A DNA stretch of 64,000 bases from Takakia lepidozioides (lineage: Eukaryota; Plantae; Bryophyta), in the NCBI GenBank assembly GCA_030704615.1, contig CM060732.1:7068001-7132000 (forward strand), given 5' to 3'. Numbering within the stretch: position 1 is the stretch's first letter; each line of letters starts with the position of its first letter. A model generated the notes under the pieces. It ran no database searches. It saw nothing but the letters and a program-made list of their open reading frames with translations, and had not been told where the DNA came from. Both the position numbers and the translations under genes were made by a program. This document shows, piece after piece, positions 38,621 to 50,800 of this stretch.

Positions 38621-40784
38621 AATGCCTCCCTGGTTGTCTAACAAGACAACTCCAGGTGTCACCATGGCGCGCTCAAAGGCTGGCCTAACTGGCAGCTCCG
38701 TCAACCTGACAGCTGCAGCTTGCCAGGGCGCAGCCGTGGCAGTCTTGACCCTCAAATCCGAGGATCCCTCTGCCACTACACCTTCCACTAACTCCGCAGA
38801 AGATGAAGTGACCTCCCCATTTTCACAGAGTGTTGCTGCTAGTCGGAACACTGCAGCTGGTCTCACCCCCGGCGTCGCAATCATTGTTGCCGAGAACAGT
38901 GGGGCCTGACACACAGAGGTGGCTGCCCCCAATAACACACCGGCCGCACTAGCCTTGGCAGTAGATGTCAGTGCTGCACGTGTAGCTCTCCCCAATAGCA
39001 TAGAAACCTCCGCCTCGGTAACAGTCGGGCGAGAACTAGGTGCCATGGATGATGTTGAAACTGTCTCCGCCAAGGTGAACGACTGAGGCAGCCTTGCCTG
39101 ACGGCTTGCCTCCCCACGTTGTGGATCCAACTCCACCTCTGCACCTCGTGGCTCAGGAACTCGTGCTGCTCCTCGAGTCACGGCTGCAGCAGACTCCACC
39201 TGCTCTAGTGGTAGTGCTGTTCCGCACATGAATCCCATGCCTCCCATATCTCCTCCCTCAGGAGCAGGAGGTGGACCATCCCGCCTGGGGGCCGGTACCG
39301 CCTGAGCTATAGCCATGGCAGCGAGCCTCTGCTCTAGCTGCTGAAGCCGATTGGCCATGCCTTGGTCAACACCCTGACCTCCGCGTCCTTGGCCATGTGG
39401 AGCTTGCCCTTGGCCTGCACCTCGTGCCCGACCACCTCGTCCTCTTTGGGCTGGTCCACCTCGCCCCCGGCCACCATTGTTCCCTTGGAACTGGCCTGGG
39501 CGCAACTCAGGATGCAAGTCATAACACTGAGCATCTCCATGCCCATACTTGCCACAATGCCCACACTGCAACTGTGCAGGCTGTGCTTGTGCCGGCCTTC
39601 TGCCACTCTCTGGGTAATCTCTCTTTGACATGGGGTCCTCCACATGTCCAACATATCACCCCTGGTTGCTGTTGGCCTGCAAAAGATGCCACGGGCCTCT
39701 GCACCTGAGGTCCCCTATAAGCTCCATGGAACTTGGGCTGGGCAACCTTGCCCCCCTGACCACGCTGTTGAGCGGTTCCTTGTGCCTGTGGGCTGGCAGT
39801 TAAGCCTCGTGTAGGCATGTCCTTGCGAAATCCAATGGTAACAACTCGCTCCTCCACCATGTTGAGCTCAATCCGCTCAGCCAGCAGAAACACATCTGCT
39901 AATGTGGGTTGGGCTGCTTGTAACAGGGTTGCATCTCACACCCTTCTCTTGAGCTCCTTATCCAAAATTCCATACCAAAACTGGATTGCCTGAGCTTCAG
40001 TAACCCCTTGGGTCACACTTATCAAGCGCCTCATACGAGTGTACGCCTCTCGCAGGCTCTCACTGGGTTTGCGCTGGAAGTCTTGCAAACTTCGCAGCTT
40101 TTCTGTCCGTACACCTTGGTAGTTCCTCCGCAACTCCTGGAAGAACTCCACCACCGGGTTGAATCTAGGCACATGTGTTGTAGTCGTGACAGGAGGAGTA
40201 GTAGCACCTTTTGAACTGGTACCACCTGCAGAAGTACCAGCACTACTTGCTCCACTACTAGTGCTGGCAGTGGGAGCTATTGGTACTGACGCAGCTACTG
40301 GTCGCGTCGTGCCTCGAGTAATGGAGACGTAGTCAGGTGACCAATACATCCTCTACTCCTCAATCTCTGCTTCATGTCCCCGCCTGAACTCGTGATAATC
40401 ATCCATAGGCGGGCCTTCCAAATGCTGGAACAGTCCCTTCCACGCCATGAATGGGGTGAATAGCTGTGGATTGCGCATCTGCTGCAAATCACACCAGCTG
40501 TCAAACTCCTGGATAAAGTCATCCAATTCGATTGTGCCCACAGCTCCAGAGTACCTACGAGGCCCCTTGGTAGCTCCATACATCTCCTCCATGTCGTCCC
40601 ACAACAATGGCGAATGAAACTGCACACCTGTTGATGAAGCCTCCGAATCTGTGTCTGACTCTACAGTAGTTGAGGATGGCGGTGAAGGTGGTCTGAACCG
40701 AATACCTCGTCTTGTGAACCCACTCACTGGTACTGCTTGTAGCCGTACTCCCCTCAAAATCCTTGGGTAACTCCGTAATGACAC
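38620..40784 (-). pseudogene. Gag with zinc knuckles, disrupted
   Basis: Capsid-like RRYSG...LDDFIQEFDSWC...QRKPSESLREAYTRMRRL...AIQFWYGIL; knuckles CWTCGGPH and CGHCGKYGHGDAQC; RGG-rich tract. In-frame stops at 40353 and 39936, frameshift near 39625. Confidence 0.88.
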
Positions 40785-41325
40785 TCACAATGTGCACCTC
40801 CTCCACGTGACACTATAAGTCTCTAGTACTAATCTAATAGTGACACGGGTGGGCACCTGTTGCAGTCTAAGGGTCATATCCCAATGGCTCAGGGCACCTG
40901 CACCTGCATCCACCGCAAGAACTCCTATGGTTGGCTGGTCATCAACCCAGCCTCACCATAGAAGAAACACTGGTGGTCTTGCTGGTCATCACTCCAGCCT
41001 CACCACCGACAGCATACTCTAAGATTGACCGGTGATCAAATCCGGCCTAATCCCTATGAAAGCAAGCGCCCACACAAAACCAACATGGCGCACAGTCAAG
41101 CATGTAGGTGTTGGGGGGGATCCAAACACAAGAAATCAAAACATCAACACCCCCACACCAAAATCCAACAGCAACGCTGATCCTGCAGAATATCCCAGCC
41201 CAAAACCCCGGACTGACTGGCCTCCACCAAGAGAGGCTTTGGCAACTACAAGTACAAGGTAATGAAAATAGTACAGAGATGGAGGGGAAGAATAGAAGCC
41301 CGACCCAGCAAGATCTAATCCTGAT

Positions 41326-42075
41326 CTATGCTATCAACTGCCAGACTTCTCTCAAAGTGCCTCGCTCTGCATGATGGTAAGGTGTAGGAGGTATATCTAT
41401 GTCCAGAAACCTGCCACTAACCTTGTCCCAAGCTACAGTAGCTCGCTCTAACCAACCCTCCTCCTCTTTTTGCCAAGTAGAGACAAAGCAACACTCTGCT
41501 ATCTCCCGCTCACTGAACACTAAAGAAAACAAAGGTAGAGTCTGATAGTCTCTCAACTCGAAAGCTTTGAGACGGTTGCGGGTGTCCTCATTGCGAATGA
41601 CTACATCTCCTTCAAACAGAACAAACTTGTCCTCGCTAATGAACCCCCGCTCGTGGTTGCCTTGTGCAGAGCGTGTCCGGCTGCAACGCTGTCTGATTGC
41701 ACAAACTTGTGTAGCTCCTGCTCCTCTGCTCCAGTACACCACAGCCTTGTGGCTGAACACCTTGGTCCCCGGGGCTATCTTTGGCTGTGTTCCAAGCCTA
41801 GCTTTCACCCACTTTGGTATTTCACCTACAGCTGCAGAACTGCTGGCTCCAACAGAGTTCTGACTGTCCAAGGCGGTATTGAGGCCCTCAATGCCAACTA
41901 CAGCAGTCTGTTGCCTACTGCTAATGCCTGACTCCCAGTATGCAATCAACTCGTCCAACTGTTCTCCACTCAAATCAGTCTGAGTTCCTTGGGAAACATA
42001 AATCCTGTCCCCTTGTGTGCACAGGCTAAGAGAAGAGACCTGCCCTTCAATTACGTCCTCATTTCCCCCAGCCAT
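41326..42075 (-). CDS. Uncharacterised 249-aa ORF upstream of gag, same strand, inside the insertion
   Basis: Uninterrupted ATG-to-stop ORF with protein-like composition; no family recognised. Confidence 0.55.
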   Translation of the reverse strand: MAGGNEDVIEGQVSSLSLCTQGDRIYVSQGTQTDLSGEQLDELIAYWESGISSRQQTAVVGIEGLNTALDSQNSVGASSSAAVGEIPKWVKARLGTQPKIAPGTKVFSHKAVVYWSRGAGATQVCAIRQRCSRTRSAQGNHERGFISEDKFVLFEGDVVIRNEDTRNRLKAFELRDYQTLPLFSLVFSEREIAECCFVSTWQKEEEGWLERATVAWDKVSGRFLDIDIPPTPYHHAERGTLREVWQLIA

Positions 42076-42654
42076 GCAAGGAGGACATCCACAGATTTGT
42101 CTCTCAAATAGACCAGAATTGGTTCTAGAAACATAATTGTGGATTTTTCACGGCACACTCACACTCTAAAAATTCCATAGATTTTTAGCAGAGTCCCAAA
42201 GATAGGTAGATTTCCCCTTTCTGCAGCTATTCCCCCAAAAACTGAGTCAAACGGAGTCCATCTGACAAAGTTATGACCAATCAGGCTCTAAATCATTTAA
42301 ATTAGATCAAAAGGTTTTTTTTTTTTTTTTTTTTTTAACACCAAAACGTTCTCGCCATTACAACCTGTTCCCTGGTTATCTACGGGTTCCCGAGGCCGTT
42401 CATGTAGTTCTCACAGGTTCCCTTACCAATGTCCACAGAGCTTGAGCTGCCAAAAAAAAAAAACGGGATCTTTGCACCACGGCCAAGGAAGGGGCCGCAG
42501 CAAGCCGCGTGCATGCCATTGCTGTCGCCATCTCTTTCCCGCTTCCTCACCTAGCCCAAGCTTGCAAACTCTGAGTGGGCTCTGTTGCGAGATTCTCCTC
42601 GCCGAGCAGATGCCAGCACAGCGACGGCAGATCGAACGGACGGCCAATCTTCGA

Positions 42655-42951
<297 letters not shown>

Positions 42952-43069
42952 TGATTTGGTGTCCGCCAGACTTGTGCTTCCTGGCCCCAGCCGAATAGAG
43001 AGAACGCTGCCCAACAATTGTAGACTTCCGCTTCGCTTATTTGAAGACGATGCTTGGCAAAATCTTATC

Positions 43070-43900
43070 TTAGTAAGTGATATTAAGAAACTTGGCCATG
43101 GCTTCCACGGCACCTGGTGGCCACTGCAGCTCTACACCAATCCACCTGATATTGCTGTACTGCGGTTCCCGAGCAGTGGCCTCAGAGAACTGTTCCTCTG
43201 CCCGGCTGCGGTCACCTTCTTTCCATAGCACTGCCGCTAGAGCTGCATGAGCCTCAGTGTAATTTGGATACTTCCGGACAAGGCCTTGTATCAGTTTCTT
43301 GGCCTCCCCCAATCTGTCGAGCTGAAAGAGAACCAGAGCTTACTTGAGTCGGTATCCTGCAATTCCAAGAGCCAGCACTGAGGCTCTGGAATAAGCAGTC
43401 AAAGCAGTGTCATAGTCACTTACTCACGCTTCCACCTTTCCCAAGTTAAACCAAGCTGCAAACTCCTCAGGGTCATTGACAATGGCAGTTTTGCAGTCGG
43501 CAATAGCCTCCTGATAGCGTCCAAGTGCCTCGTAAGAAATGACGCGATTAAGAAATGGGACTGGGGCCTCGGGAGCCAGCTCAATAGCCTTACTGAAATC
43601 CTGGGCCGCCTCCTCAAACTTCAGAAGGGAGACCCTCACACTCCCCCGGTTGGACCAGACACTGGCATTTGCGGAATCCTCATCTATCAAAGCTGAAAAC
43701 AATTCTTCAGCAGTTTCCAGGTCTCCAGCAATCGCCGCCCTGAGAGCATCCTGCAGCTTGGGATTTTCAACGTCTTTGAGCTTTACTCTCGTTGAAACTG
43801 CTGCTTTTGCAGGAAGATCAACATTGCCCAACCTTAGTGCTCCAAGTGCCACAGAAAGGCTGAATAACAGCTGGCGTCGGGCAGTTACTGACGAGTGCCC
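43070..43900 (-). pseudogene. Intronless copy of a chloroplast/thylakoid TPR protein gene (cyanobacterial-type family), two premature stops
   Basis: One frame from RRQLLFSLSVALGAL...AKA (twin-arginine lumen-signal-like) through TPRs (VWSNRG, PFLNR, AWFNLG) to LVRKYPNY..AHAALAAVLW...WPP..VEAMAKFL. In-frame TGA at 43424 and TAA at 43340. The transit-peptide region probably extends to ~44100. Confidence 0.85.
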
Positions 43901-44373
43901 TGCGATACCGACATTACCATCTCTTCCTTCTCGTTGTAGTCGTCACTCTGCCTGGCCGCTCCTCAGCTACAGACCGCAGGCTTCACTGAAACTTGAGCTG
44001 GGTAATACCCTGATTCTTGGGCTCTCCATAAACGGTACCCTTGCTCACAGGCCTCTTCAATCCAAAAAACGGGCTGGCTTGGAGTCACCCATGGCAAGCC
44101 CTTCATCTCCACTCCACACGGCAGCCCTGAGACGATGACAGGATCGCTGCAGAAGAATCTAGGCACGAAAAAGAGCTAACCTCTAACCCGTCGTTACTTG
44201 ATGAATCAATCAGGCAGCATTCATCTCCAGTAGCCTGAGCAAGATCTCTACTAAACGCGTGACTCCAGCAAGATCCGCTAGCAGTAACTGCAAGTGAAGT
44301 ATCCGCCGCAAGCTTAATAGCTTTCTGCCGCTCCGGAATGGTTAAACACTCAGTTGAATCATTCACAGACCTG

Positions 44374-44809
44374 TGTCACACCAAGGTATATTATAATAGT
44401 GCTAAAACAAACATTATATCTAGCTTAGCACTAGAAAACTAGATGGCGCATCTCTCTCGAGTGATAGAAATCCAACGAACACATTGTTGACACAAAACAT
44501 GAAAACCAAACCATCACTCTTAGAAATAGTAGTCAAGCCAGGGGCACCCCAAGCTATGGGGACTCCACCCCACAACAACCTGTACCCCTACATAAGCACA
44601 CTCAAATCTAAACGCATGCAGGAGCTCGGTTGCGCAGGCTCAACTCGAGAGAGATGAACTGCGCGACTGCCGCTCTCGTGAAGATAAGACGGACCAGGTG
44701 TCAAACTAAACTTGACACCTGATTTAACACTTGACCTAAATCCAAGTGTTAAATACAAATAACTAGTTTTATTCTAGCTGTTTTCACACTGTGCTTATTT
44801 AACTTGACA
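44374..44809. repeat. LTR-like terminal segment of the composite insertion
   Basis: 436 bp with TGTCA...TGACA ends. Its right end coincides with the insertion boundary. No homologous partner found at the other end. Confidence 0.55.
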
Positions 44810-47800
44810 TCTTTTTTCTTGTGCTTGACAAGGCTTTGCTTTGGTTAAGGTAGCAATGTTGTGGTGCTGGCAGAGTCCTCCCTGCACGGTTAGGCTTGTG
44901 GAGAGATGACGACTCTCCCCCAAACAGAAAAAAATATATATATATATTTTTTTTTCTGTTTAATTTGCTTCCCTACTTTCTTTGGCATTCTATGCGCTTA
45001 GATTGAAGTGTATTTGACCTCGATAGCAAGTGTTGAAGCCTGCTACTCACCTCGTGCATCCTCACTAACTCACAACGCGTTGTGGTTGTTTTTGGGACGG
45101 GCACAGGTGAGGGCTTCCACTTAATATTCTGATGTCTAGGTGCTGTTGGATGCCAAGTGGGATCGCAGAGCCGGGGAAGGAATCGCTTGCCAGGGACTCA
45201 TCTTAAAATGGTGAAAAACTAAACTACTCTATGGTTTTTCTTGATCCTACCTCTTTCATTCCTTGATTTTTCAAGAACAAGTGTAATGTTTTCTACGATG
45301 GGCTATTTCGGCCCAGCCAGTGGAAAACCTCTGTTATGCGGTGACAGCCTGGTTTATGATGACTTGTGTGAGAGACACACATCTGTTTTCCAGGCCCTAG
45401 TTTGCTTTGCTTACCTTATGGTAGTTGGAAACAAATTGAGAGGCTGCAAGGAACCGTTTGCTGCAGCTACTCGGGTACCTATGTTGGTATAAGGCCCCTG
45501 TTATGTTCCAACCCAGATGGCTTTGTGAGCTAGATGCTTAAGCCAGGGTATGGTGAAGTTGTTGTCTGCGGCTATTTGGCTGACACTGAAATATGACAGT
45601 AATATAAATGGTAACTAGTTTTTGAGGCAGCCAGGATGGTCAAGTGGAAATACCCCCTGGACATGGTGTAATGACATGGTCAAATGTGGAATGATGTGAA
45701 GGGTGTACCGACAGTATCATATACTGTCACAAGATGTGTGTGCAGTCCTTTATATTTACCTTGCTGTGTCATGAACTTTGATTTTCAGCTATAGCAAGAA
45801 ATAAATGTATAGGGGTATTCTGGAAAACTGACCAGACATATCCACCTCCCCTGTGGGGGCAAACTGTGCTGCAGACCAGCCTAAACAAATACTGGCAAGG
45901 CAAGGTATTTAAAATCTGTGATATCCAGGTGTTCCCTTTTTTTTTAAGAAAACCCTCCATGACACCCATGGGGTTTTAGTAAGTATGCTTGGATTACAGC
46001 TTGCAGACAATAAATCTGTATGATTATTTGACTTGCACCACATCAAGGCCAAAATATGGCCAGTACCCGCCACCCCACCCAGACCTCTGAATGTGTATCA
46101 TGATCATGACTGGTGGTCAATCAGCATCAGTGGCATACTCTTTGGGTTATGAATAATACTGACATGAACACATTACTGTGCATGGATGTAATTCTGGATT
46201 TTCTAAGCTTGGTGATTGATGGATGGTGCCACTGTTAAGTAGCTGATATGTCTGATTATTCTTTCATGACAACGACCCTAGGGATCTTTGTCTTGACATG
46301 ACAAAAAGTATCTTCCCTCCCTCTTTCCCACATCTCTCCCTCTCTCTGCAATCCTTGGCAGATTTGATTTTTTATTGATCCTTTACTACTCTGTAAACTT
46401 TTTTGTTTAGGGTTATAATGAGACATGCCTATTGTTTAAGGGTCCCTAATCAGGGTAAACATATGACAGTCTATGGCTCTGTAGTAGGCCCGTAGGCTAT
46501 GCAAGTGTCTACATATCACAACAGGCACGTATCTACCAATGGCAAGTTAAGAATATTTGGCAGTGTTTTTATTACACCCCTTTAACACCTGGAAAAATCT
46601 GATGTATATCACTATGGTGCAAACTCAAACAAACTTTTATGGACCTAATGTCCATGGTTTGATATCCCTAATCAGGGTTAATTGAACTACAAGGGATCAG
46701 ATGACGTAACCGCTTGATGTGGCAACTTCGTAAATACTGGTACAAGGAGTGTCGAGCAAATAGCTGGACAATCTAAGCGTAACCGAGATGCAATCCTGGC
46801 AGAGACGGGAATTGCCACCTTCTCCCTGCATACTCTGTTATGAGTGCTTCAATGTTGATTCCCGATTTGTGAATAATGTGAAGGAGGCTGCGAAGGTAGA
46901 GCTAATTTGCTACCTGCCCCATCAATTGTACCCAGAATTGGGGATTTCACATACAGGTGGCAGACCTTATATGAAAGGGTATATTGTTCAAGTATAGGCC
47001 AGTAGGACATGTGTTAACCGGTTACAGCAAACACGCGTCTACCGGTACAAGGTACGTAATAATGGAAATTCAGGCTATTCGTGCATACTATAATCACACG
47101 AAGAGGGCAGACCACTCCCTCCCGACTTACCTGTTTGAGCACTCGAATTTTCAAGTGCCTGGAAGGAGGGTGCGAAGGTATAGTAAAATTACTACCGGCC
47201 CCATCGTTGAGTCCAGTATTGTGAATTTTGCGTACAGGAAGCAGTGCCTGGAGATCAGCAGGTACATGCCCAGTATGGTTTTACAAGGGGAAGATCCTCT
47301 TTTCTATTCTGCTTGCATATCTATTTTGATGCTAGCTTTCGTGAAGATAAGGGCAGCCTTGGATTGTGCTTGGTAAAACCTACTTTACTGGTCTTACTGT
47401 GATTAAGGGATTTCGAGTAACAACCTCCTCCCTCAATAAGTGCTCTAAGTGGCTGGACTGGCAGTTGTTACGATGCTGACGGGGGATAGTCCAAATGATA
47501 CCATGTTCTCTCCAGGGAGTACTTTCCTCAATATGCATGGAGCAAGACCTGGAGATCACTTGAATTATGTATGGATTGACTCCATTAGGGAAGTTTTCTC
47601 CCTTCCGTATTTCATTACTTGCCAAGTATGTTGTTTTCACTCTTGAAGTAAGAGCAGCCTTGAAGTTTTGGGATAAAACCTATATCACTGGTTTTACAAT
47701 GATGAGGATATATGGAGAAGCCACATCCTCCCTCCGTAAGTACCCTAAGTGCAGGACGGGCAGATTTCATGATTGAGGCTTGGCCATAAGCAGCACTTTG

Positions 47801-50800
47801 TGCTTCTGGAAATACTGTCCTAGCTAAGGATATTTCAGGTGCAGCCCTAATCCCTGGTCCATTTTCTCTCCCACATCATATGGAGTTCTTGTTGTGGGAG
47901 GACAAGAGCAAAAACAGACCTGTATTGCCTGTAAGGGAAAGAGGAAAGACGGAGCTCGGTCTATACTGGCTCTTCATTCCGTGTGCTTACTAGTTTGCGT
48001 TCTGAAAACTGAGCTGGGACCTTTTTCAAGAAACAACATGTCACAGGCCCAGCTTCCCCAGACCTGCAAGGTAATCTATTCTTGATTATGTACATGGTGG
48101 AGTAATACCTGGTCTGGATTCTAAATTCAGTTTGGGTTCTTACTTGACCAAACCAGAAAACCAGATCTTGCTTGATCTCCAACCAGAAAACCCCTACATT
48201 GTTTGTAAATGTTCAGGGAAGACTATCTTCACCTTGTATGCTGCTTGGCATTAATCAGGATACTTAGCAGGTCTGGAAACATTTCCATGACAGTAAAGAC
48301 TTACGACACAGGCATGGTTATACTGCAGTTCATTCAAAAGATGGATAGTTTGTGGCCACAAGCAGAACAACTGCCATAAACCTTAAGGTCTTACTTCATT
48401 GCAATTGCTTTGAACTAATTATTACCCTGGAAATTTTGACTTATATCTTTCACGGTTGATACTAGTACTCTGGAATTTCTGCACTAAGAGGTTCAGGAAG
48501 TACATTCTTTAGAGTATCTGGAATGCTTTGAAAGACTGATAAGTGTCATGACAGATGCCACGAAGAGGGCAGGCCACTCCTTCCCGAATTACATGTTTGA
48601 ATACATGTTTGAATTTTGAAATAACATCTCTCCAGTGGGGCACTGTATTGCAGTGACTGGGTAAACCATTACCCTAGAGCTCCAGCAATGTTTAAAGATA
48701 CTCAGGGAGACCTGCTCTATTACCTAACATGGGTTGGAATATCTGGAGTTCTTTCATGGACAGGAAAACTTGATACAGCTACCACAACTGATCAACATCT
48801 ATAGCACGTATGGGACCTGTTAGTCACCTCGCACATCCTCACTAACCCACACACTAATTGTCTGTGGTGTTTTTTGGGACGGGTGCAGGTGAGGCTCCCA
48901 TTTGTCTGGTAACTCCTTAACTTCTTGAGCTTGTTCAGATGCTGCTCAAGTACTTTACAGTGAGGCAGCTACACTTGGAGCGTGGCTGGCCTCATTACCT
49001 ACAACAAGATGCTACTAAACACAGATGTATTTGTTTTTTTTTCTACCTTTAATCACAAGATAGAGGCTGGCTGTAGGCTGGCTGGTAGCTAAACTGTGGC
49101 CTATCTTTTAAAATGCACAGTCTAGCAAAGCAGTGATTGATCTTGAACTGGATTTTTGATATGGAGTTACATACTCCTCTGCCACTGAATGGTTACATCT
49201 CTATTACAAAAAGAGTAGGCTATATCTTATTCTACCCTCAGTGGTTCCTCAAAGACCCCACCACCCACCCCGTTTTCCACATAGGAGAAGTCTTTGCAAT
49301 GGTTGAAAGATACTTTGTATGGGTGAAGTAAGGGTATGACCGAGTTACTTCATGATTTTCACAGCATCCTTTTCAATTCACGAAAAACCTTTTTGCTGTG
49401 TTTGTTGTCGACAACAGATCTGTTTTGATGAGCTCCTTGTCAATATAGTTCTGTTGTGCCAATGCAGACCTGTGTTGATGTGCACTCCGTCAACACATAA
49501 TTGTTTTGACTTAGATGCTTTGGAAAGGATTGACCAGCATGCTTATTTGTTTGTCAAAGGATTCAGACAGAGAACATGCTGTATATTCACTCTTGTATCC
49601 TTGTCATACTAAATTGATATGATCACTTTACATGGAATGAGATTTCATGCTTTGGATTTGGAATCACTAAGGATACAAGGGCTTGGAGCTCCTTTACAGA
49701 GTGAATGGGCTGAATTAGTATTGTCAAATTCATTTCTGGTTTACTGGCTTTGAAGAGGTTAAACCTACAGGATACATGTTTATCAACTGTTTCAGACTCT
49801 GCCCATATACTGAAAGATTACTCTTACATTACAAAATCATTCCGATTGCATGAACTTAGAAATCTTGTGATGGTGCCTTGCTTAGCAAGGCTGTATTGTC
49901 AGTATCCTGTCTTGACAAGACAAGCTTTCTCCCTGTGTCCAATCAGGATGTGGAGAGAGAGGAAGAGAGGGAGAGAGAGGGAGTGTTGAGGAGAAAATAA
50001 AATAAAAATGAAGGTGGGCAGCAGCTGCTCAGGCACTCCCCCCCCACCCCTACCTTCTTTTTATTTTTTTCCCCTCGTCTTTCCCTCTGTAAACTGGGTC
50101 TATGGAATTGTTATCCCAACTTCCATATTTTTTGTGCTTAAAACTTGGGTTGCAGGGAAATTGGATGAAATTCATCCTGATTTCATCCCCTTTACAAAAT
50201 GGAATCCATGTTTTTTCAGGTAAGCCTCTGTTTTTTCATTAATGCCTACGATTTTTCATCCTAATCTACCCGGATTTAATCGACAGATACTTTATAAGCT
50301 TGGTATAAGTGCCTGATCTTTTTCATCCACCTCGGAGGAAAAACGGAGTCTGTCCGTCGGGTTCAAGAAAGTTGTGGATGAGTATGAGTGCCCGATTTTT
50401 TCATTTACCCTGGATAGGAAACGAACTCTGTCCATCGGGTTCGAGGCAGCTGTGGATGATTATAAAGTGCCCGGTTTTTTTCATCCACCCTGGATAGGAA
50501 ATGGACTCTGTCCGTCGGGTTCAAGGCAGATATGGATGACTGTGAGTGCCCGATTTTTTTCATCTACCCTGGATGGGATACGGACTCCGTCCGTCGGGTT
50601 CAAGGCAGCGGCGAATGATTGTGAATACCCGATTTTTTCATCTACCCTGGATGGGAAACGGACCACGTCCGTCGGGTTCAAGGCAATGATGGATGTTTTT
50701 CATCCAATAAATGGATGAATGACGAAGCGTGACAGGGTTAAGGCCCTGAGCAACCTAGTTTCTTCCTTTTGCGCGGCAGGAATGCGCGCGATGGTGTCAT

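Noticed and set aside
43070-43900. Functional resident TPR gene
   Set aside because: It has two in-frame stops, no introns, and lies inside a TSD-bounded insertion.
44374-44809. Independent solo LTR
   Set aside because: Its immediate flanks (cctg and tctt) do not form a TSD; the matching TCTT is at 33492-33495.
49330-49620. Possible F-box-associated fragment on the minus strand (HVLCLNPLTNK..W)
   Set aside because: A single short motif with stops; not enough to call.
50318-50720. CRISPR-like repeat-spacer array
   Set aside because: The whole ~79-bp unit repeats with divergence; there are no unique spacers.
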